The position numbers and the translations under genes are program-made. From the NCBI RefSeq assembly GCF_032191835.1, contig NC_083232.1, positions 82,274,001 to 82,338,000 of the forward strand: DNA of 64,000 nt. Direction: 5' to 3'. The stretch comes from Heteronotia binoei. Its lineage: Eukaryota. Below are positions 56,713 through 64,000 of the stretch, one piece after another; within the stretch, counting starts at the first letter, position 1, and each line of letters begins with the position of its first letter. A model generated the notes under the pieces. That model made no database searches, was not told where the DNA came from, and was given only the letters and a program-made list of their open reading frames with translations.

Positions 56713-59069
56713 GTGCAAGTGGAGGTCATTTAACCAATCCCCATGATTTTCATAGCTATGTTACATCTGTGTTTGCTCTACAGAAGGTGGTCAGGAGAGT
56801 GAGAGCTGAGAGTGATTAGGCCCAAAGCTGCACCTTTACTTCACAGTCAGGCTTGGATCGGAAATGGGACTTTTATTTGAGACCCCCATCTGCCAGATGA
56901 CTCTTATTTAGTAGAAAACTCTCAAGAAGGAAATAGTCTCCATATGAAAATGATTTTGTTTGCATGCATTTGAATTAGCCAGATGTCAAAAATCCATTTT
57001 AACACAGTGTGGCCTGGAACACTGTGACCTTATGTTAATGGTTCAAATAGCCTATCTCAAATATATCCTGTAACATATACAGTCTTTTGGTTCAGAGCAA
57101 AGAAAGGCAAGTTTGAAGTATGCTAGCTGTTAACTAACAAACTAGATGGTTGTAATGAATGTTTATAGCCTTCAACAACATTATTTCCCTGTTAAAAGAG
57201 GAGCTGTAAAAAACCCCCCAGTTCTCTGCTGATGTTTTAAAAATGCACATTAAACAGTTCTAATGCTTATCATTATAATAGTTTCTTTTAGTTTCATTTA
57301 TAGTATATTGACTTTGTGCTTTAGAGGCATACCTACCATAATATTTTATGTTGTCACGCTAAAAATACGTGGACAAAACTTGTCAAAGTCTGTACCTGCT
57401 AGCAATAACAAAAGAAAAATGGTCTGACTTCTCAGCTTTTGAACACTACACATATGTCCTAAGCTTGTGAAACTATGCAAGCAAGAACTATAAAAGACAG
57501 CGCATAAATCTCTGGTATATATATTAAATAATTCAGGTTGCCCCAAACATTTTGTGCTTCATTTCTCCAGAGGTTTCTGTGTCTCTCTCCCCCCCCCCCC
57601 AACTTCTAGACTTCTCGCCGCTAAGGGCAATCTTAAGGACGGACAGGTTTTTAATCATAATTTTCCTTGCAGAATAGTTTTGCAACTTCCTTCAGCTGCA
57701 GGAATATTTTCTATGTACTGTAGTGATAATGGCAGTTACAAACAAATTGGATTTTAAGAACATAGACATGGGCTATATTTGAGACACTTTATGTGGCAGC
57801 CTAAGCATGTCAGTGGTCCGTGTGTGGAAGAAAGATGCATGTCTCCAAACATGTAGTGAGTTGGAGATCCATGGTGAGAAACCTTGAATGTTTGGGATGC
57901 ATGATGCTATTCATGTTTTACTTTTTATTGTAAGAAATATTAGTGTGCCCAGGCTGAAGAATCAATTGTGATGTGGATCTTAAGCTATGGATTTTTAAAC
58001 TGTCATAACGAACATCCGTACCTAGGGCATGTTCACATCAACACAGGTATAATGATTCACCTTGAATCTTCAGCTACAGGAAATGAGTGACAGCCTTAAA
58101 CTGATCAGTAAATGTCTCCTGTAATTTTACTTTTATTTTTCAAAACACTGATGAGCCTGCCTCAACGGGGAGGGTGGGGTATAAATAAAAAAATTATTAT
58201 TATTATTAAAGTGCTCAGGTGAGAAAAGAGCAGAGTTACTTGGAGACTTAATTGTATTTCTAAAGGCTAATCTGTGAGGTTGCAAAAATAGAACTTGCTT
58301 TGCTTCTTAAAGTATTATGGAAAAGCTGAAGTTTGCCACTTCAGTTGCTTGCTTAGGGGCAGTTGGTAAGCTGCTGGCAAGTAAATGCGTGCTAAATTGT
58401 ACCTCTGATTTACTTTTATTTATCTCTTGGATAGTATACTAGACTGAGCTGTGACTCAGGATTCCTGGATTCCCTTCTCGCCTCTACTGTACACTTAGTA
58501 GGTGGCCTTTAGGTGCCTACTCTCTCAGCTTCCCATGTGCAATAAACACCTTAGAGTTGTTTATAAAGATTGTAGCAAGATACTGTATGCAAGATGTTTT
58601 ATGTACTGGAAAGAGCTATATACATGTTAATGAATCTTGGCATCTCTGTGTCCCCGGAACCTTATATATAGAGCAGTGGGTATAATCATTTGTTGGGCAT
58701 TGTCCTAAACAAATTAAATATGTGCGTTTCGGTTTTGTTGTTAAACAGGAGTAGTTTGATAGCCATATCACAGCAGTTCCACTTTTCAGAATTGTTTGTT
58801 TTTATCAGCAGAGAAAGCTGCACTGGGCAGATAGGTGGGCAGATCTTTAAGATAGGTAAGTGGGGATGCCGAAGCTCTTGTGCTATGTGAGAGGGACTGC
58901 TGAAGCTTCTAACTATGTGTAGTGGCGTGAAATGGGGATTTGAACCTAAGTTTTCCATACTGAAGAATCTGCTCACCATGTCAATCTGGCTCTTAGCATG
59001 CTGTGCTCGGCTTGTCAGATTTCTTCTAGCATTAAGCACAAAATCCACAAACATAATTCTTGATGTTGT

Positions 59070-60160
59070 GGATCATAGAATCATAGAGTTGGAAGCAACT
59101 TTCATGGCTATCTAGTCCAATCTCCATCATAATGCGGGAAATTCACAAATACCTCCCACCCCCAGTAATCCCTGCTCCATGCCCAGAAGATACAATGAAA
59201 AAAGAGGGACAGGGAGAAAGAGAGTGATCCCTGATCCATGCCTAGAAGATGGCAAAAAGCCTCCAGGATCCCTGGCCAAAATGGCCACGGCAAAAAGCCT
59301 CCAGGATCCCTGGCCAAACTGGCCACGAGAAAAATTGCTTCCTGGCCCCAAAGTGGTGATCAGCATTTCCCTGGGCCTCTATAAGAAAGGGCCATGAGAA
59401 CTAAGCACTGATGCAACCTTTCCTGCCCTCCCTCTCATGATCTGCCTTAGTTCACAGAATCAGCATTGCTGTCAGGTGGCCATCTAGCCTCTGTTCAAAA
59501 CTTTCCTGAGAGCCCACCACCTCCCAAGGAAGACTGTTCCACTGAGGAACTGCTCTAACTGTCAGGAAGTTCTTCCTGAGGTTTAGCTGAAAACTCTTTT
59601 GATTCAATTTCAACCTGTTGGTTCTGTTCCGCTCTTCTAGGGCAACAGAAAACAACTCTGCACCCTCCTGTATATGACAGCCCTTCAAATACTTGAAGAT
59701 GGTGATTGTGTCATGTTTCAGTTGTCTCCTCTCTTGGTTAAACATACCAAGTTTCTTCAACCTTTCCTTAAAGGACTTGGTCTCCAGACCCCTCGCCATC
59801 TTTGTTGCCTTCCTCTGGACATGTTCCAACTTGTCTATATCCTTCTTAAATTGTGGTATCCAAACTGAACACAATACTCTAGGTGAAGTCTAACCAGAGC
59901 AGAATAAAGTGATGCCATCACTTGGCATGATCTGGTCACTATATTTCTGTTGATACAGCCCAAAATTGCATTTGCCATTTTAGCTACTGTATCATACTGG
60001 TGACTCAAGTTCAGTGTAAGTAGGGGTCAGTGTAAGACCTCTAGATCCTTTTTGCACATACTACTGCCAAGATAAGTCTCCCCCAATCTATAATTATGCA
60101 TTTGATTTTTCCTACCTAAATGCAGAACTTTACATTTAGCCCTGTTAAAATTCATTTTAT
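59070..60160 (-). mobile_element. CR1 LINE 3' fragment
   Basis: ORF 59452-59874 PQFKKDIDKLEHVQRKATKM...RAVPQWNSLP; CR1 tail (ATTCTATG-like) at ~59075. Confidence 0.9.
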
Positions 60161-63100
60161 TTGTTTAGGATCATGTGATGTTTCTTTATTACCTTGAAAT
60201 ACTAAATTTAATTCATGAATGTTGGGAACAGAAACTGAATAGCTGATTCCACTCCCCACCCCCCAAAAAAGCTGGAGCAAACTTGAGCGTGGTTATCTTT
60301 GCTTTCATTAGCTTGAATAATAATGTGGAGTTAAAGGGTGTGTGTGTGTATATACATTGTCGGCTTCCTTAGCTTCCTTGACATGGAAAAAAAATATACT
60401 TCCTTTTTCATTCCTTGGAAACTGGATGTTTTGTTTGTCCTTTATCATACTTTTCATAGGTTGTCCTGATTTCTTCTTTCTGCAGTCTTTAGATTCACCT
60501 CTCCATGAGAATTATTGCTAAGTCAATAGAAACAGTAGACCAGCTGGGGCTTGTAAAAGTATACGCAAGCATTACAACAGGTAGTTTCAGTATAGACTTT
60601 CTCTGAGCTGATTTTTTTTCCAGATTGTACTCATAACCATGATCTTTTGTGTAGGGTGTAAAGTTATTTTATTTGTGTGAAGTTCTTCCACAGTGTTGCC
60701 ACAACTATTTAGATGCCTCCGATGGCAGAATAAGCAGTTAGCTGAGAATTACAGCATTGGCATTAATTAGTAGGTAGTTGATAGCATTACCTTTGCCTGA
60801 TCTTGACAGTGTTGGGCAGGCATTCTGTGCCATCCCTGAGTGTGTGCATTAAATCTTGCTGTTCACTTGCAGTGCAGTAACTGTCTGCTGAGCTTGACTA
60901 TGATTCTTGCTGGATCATGTAATTAGCAAGATCCGAACTCTAATATATACTTAGAATTTGTCTGTGTGTCAGTTTCTAGGTATTCACCTGCATAAGGTAA
61001 CTAGGGCTTAGCTAATCTTCTAAATGGTAAGCTTATCCTTTGTGGTCACAGAACATCAGGTGGGTCAACAGTTAATACATTTGCCTGCTCCCCCCCCCCC
61101 CAACTGCCTTTCCTAAATGTTTGCTGACATAAACTGCCTTTACCAGAATAACTCATAACAACCATTGTGGATTGCTTGTGTGCATGAAGCCTAGGATTGG
61201 AAAAACACTTTAAATTTTGAGATGCAAGTACCTGAGCTTTACCTGCCAGTCTTGGGTGGAATCAAAACAAACAACCATATATGCGAACATCATTACAAGG
61301 CACCTGAAATATTTTCCAGATCTGAATGGAATTCTTATAAAGTTATAAAGTTTTCATGGTTGCAGTGGAACAGCTTGTTAGAAATGATCCCTTAAAACCC
61401 CTGTACATATTTATTTGTTTGATTTCTGTTCCATTCTCCCCCATGGTTCAGAGCAGATTATAACATAAATAGACAATATAAAAACTGTTAAAATCTATAT
61501 GTATAAAATCAACAATTCACTAGATGGCGTGTAAAATATTGTCACTGTTCCTGGGGGAAGGGAAGAAGCAGAGGTCAGTTGCTGTGTTGACTGTTAAACT
61601 GCAGATGCATATAATCTTGGCTTTTATGTATGTTTGTATTTAAACATATTTATTTTAACAAATGAAGCTTGAGTTGCATCCATATAGAACGAAGAATATT
61701 ACCTATTTATTTCGCATAGTTGTCTTTTCATCATTAGGAGGATGGTTTCAATAATAGATCCCACCTGAACCATTTGAAATTCTCTTTGGTCCCCAATGAG
61801 GTTTTATTCACACTGCCAACACATTTTGAGCCCATCATAAGGATGAGAAAATTGCTGTTAAAAATGAAACCTTAATTTCTTAGGATGGTGACTTCTGTGG
61901 CTGATAAAAATTCTTCCCTTGGACCCAGAGTATACAGCCTTGGTTACAGTAGACTCTTCAGTTCAGTGCTCCTCTTCATTTAATGTTGATTGTGTTAATT
62001 CTAATCCCTGTTGTATTCTATTTGCGAGATTGAGGGAAATCTGTAATGGCATAAGAGCTCTTTTTAATCGTTGCCAATATTTAGCCTCTTGTGTTCTGAA
62101 AATTAGTGAATGCTTTACTGATTACAGAAATATTTCAGTTTTTGTCACAGATCTGTTATTAGTAATTTGACAACCATATGTCCAGATTCTAAGGCCTCCT
62201 ATGAATTTAGCATTCCCAATTACAAACAGGAAGCACAAGTAAACAGCTACATACCTAGAGAATGTTCTTAGCAATCTCTTGTACTCCTCAGCCTTTTCCT
62301 TGCAGTAGGCAGTAAATGCTGACCTTGATGTTAAATGGGGAAGTTGTCCAAACTGGTTAGGTCATGTCTCCTCTCCCTGCAGGCAGGGCTATGCAAATTT
62401 GTGTGGACTGTTTTGGCTCAGAGTGAGGCTGACCCTTCAGTCTTAGTGTAGCCCAGCTCCGTAATGGATTTTGTGTCTGACTAGATTTTTTTTGATTTTT
62501 TTTGTGGTGAGGTGTGAATGACTTCACCCCACTGAAGAGAAGAAACTTTCAGGTAAGTTCCAATGTTTTGTTGCCCTTCAGTGAGGATAGTCATCCAAAC
62601 TGGTTTTATGCCCACGCTATAACTTGGGAAGGATCCTTACTTTTAATTTTTATTCTGTTCCACCAATGTGTTGCACACCTTTTTACCATATGGAGCTTCC
62701 ACATATTTTAACTCATCCTACCTATACCTATAGTAGATGACTGGGGAAGGCAATGGCAAATCACCCTGTAAAAGGTCTGCCGTGAAAACGTTGTGAAAGC
62801 ATCGTCACCCCAGAGTCGAAAACAACTGGTGCTTGCACAGGGAACTACCTTTACCTACAGCAGGGGTCCCCAACCCCCAGGCTGTGGACCTGCACCGGTC
62901 TGCGGCCTGTTAGCAACCAGACCGTGGAGTGAGGCAAAGACCTTTGCCTACACATTTAGAGACCCCTATGGGGGAGCAAGGATGGGGTGTGGATGTGGGG
63001 ACAGCCTGGGGCAGCAAATACTCCAGCATCCTCACCCCCACTGATCTGTGGAAAAATTGTCTTCCACAAAATCGTCCCTAGTGCCAAAAAGGTTGGGGGC

Positions 63101-64000
63101 CACTGTGTCTCACACAGGTATAAAACGTTGACCAGGTTGCAGTTCTACAGATTTCTTCCACCAGAACTCGGTGGAAAAGATCACTGATATTGCTGCAGAT
63201 CTGGTAAAGTGGGCTGTAACATCTTCTGGAAGTTCCAGACCTTGTGCTTCATATGCCTTTCAGATACATGGCTCAAGACCTTTTTACCTAAAGTCTATGA
63301 GACAGAAAATCCTTTAGCCTAATCTGTGCTATCCTTTTTAAGCAGGCGCACGGAGCCCTGCGCGTGTCTAGAGTTTGTGCCAGACTGTCTCTTTGGGATA
63401 ACATGGTGTAGGACAAAAGGACAGTAGTATCCACTCTTGGTTAACATGATAAGGGGAAAATAGCTTTGGTACAAAGGAAGGATCCCTCCTGAGTACCACC
63501 AAGACCTTGCAGAATATACACAATTCTTTCCTGGCCAATAAGCCCCTCATTCAGAAATCCTATTTGCAGAAGTTGTCTCAGCAGGAAAAAACGTCTTCTG
63601 AGAAGGAAACTTTAGATTCTGGTTATGGTGACATTGGGGGTGTGGCCTAATATGCAGATGAGTTCCTGCTGGGCTTTTTCTATAAAAAAGCCCTGGGGAA
63701 TACTCAAACCTGAAAAATACCAGATTTTTTTTTTTTGCACACTCCTAGTATACATACTGCTTGTTTAGGGAAAGGAGTGGTATTCTCAAACAGCAGTGCA
63801 AAAACCGCCAGAGAGACAAATGTGAGAAATAGTATAAGGGCACATGAAATGGTATATTGAAACAGCAAAATATTTATTTAGCATTTATTAAATGCATTTA
63901 TATAGTGAACTACAATGCAATTTGAGTCAAGTAATTAGCAATGCCAGTTGTACTAGGATAGAGGCTTATACAGCACTGCCGCTTGCCCAGTAATTTTTCT

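Noticed and set aside
3425-61105. Many poly-G/poly-C runs and short microsatellites
   Set aside because: Dispersed, mostly within or next to repeats; no pattern beyond background.
51038-64000. Search for RALA coding exon (MAANKPKGQNSLALHK) or another coding exon
   Set aside because: Not found; candidate acceptors near 52348 and 55490 give nothing recognisable, so the island gene stays unnamed.

Overview
Vertebrate (squamate, most likely gecko) genomic DNA; the assignment rests on Sauria/Squam-type SINEs, 5S-derived SINEs, and young L2, CR1, RTE and Penelope elements. Genes were built by hand from splice sites. (1) A 14-exon partial model (584-28374, +; 5' exons lie upstream of the window) encodes a strongly diverged MED1-like protein (Mediator subunit 1 paralog). 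It keeps the N-terminal Med1 domain, but the nuclear-receptor-box/IDR half is replaced by an acidic region encoded by about 21.5 copies of a 57-bp minisatellite (19-aa unit EPLDDRSEANSSASSLPPL). This is the most interesting item in the window. (2) A complete 3-coding-exon YAE1 (33875-31903, -) converges on it, with a CpG-island promoter near 35.2-35.9 kb. (3) A second CpG island at 50.6-51.3 kb has a strong splice donor and probably marks the non-coding first exon of a + strand gene whose coding exons are not in the window (RALA is a synteny-based guess only). The rest is intron/intergenic DNA rich in transposons: a near-intact L2 LINE, RTE, CR1 and L1 fragments, a dead Penelope-like element with hammerhead-ribozyme-like terminal derivatives, several hAT MITE families and SINEs. 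Homology calls come from recalled sequences and motifs, not database searches; repeat boundaries are approximate unless a TSD is given.
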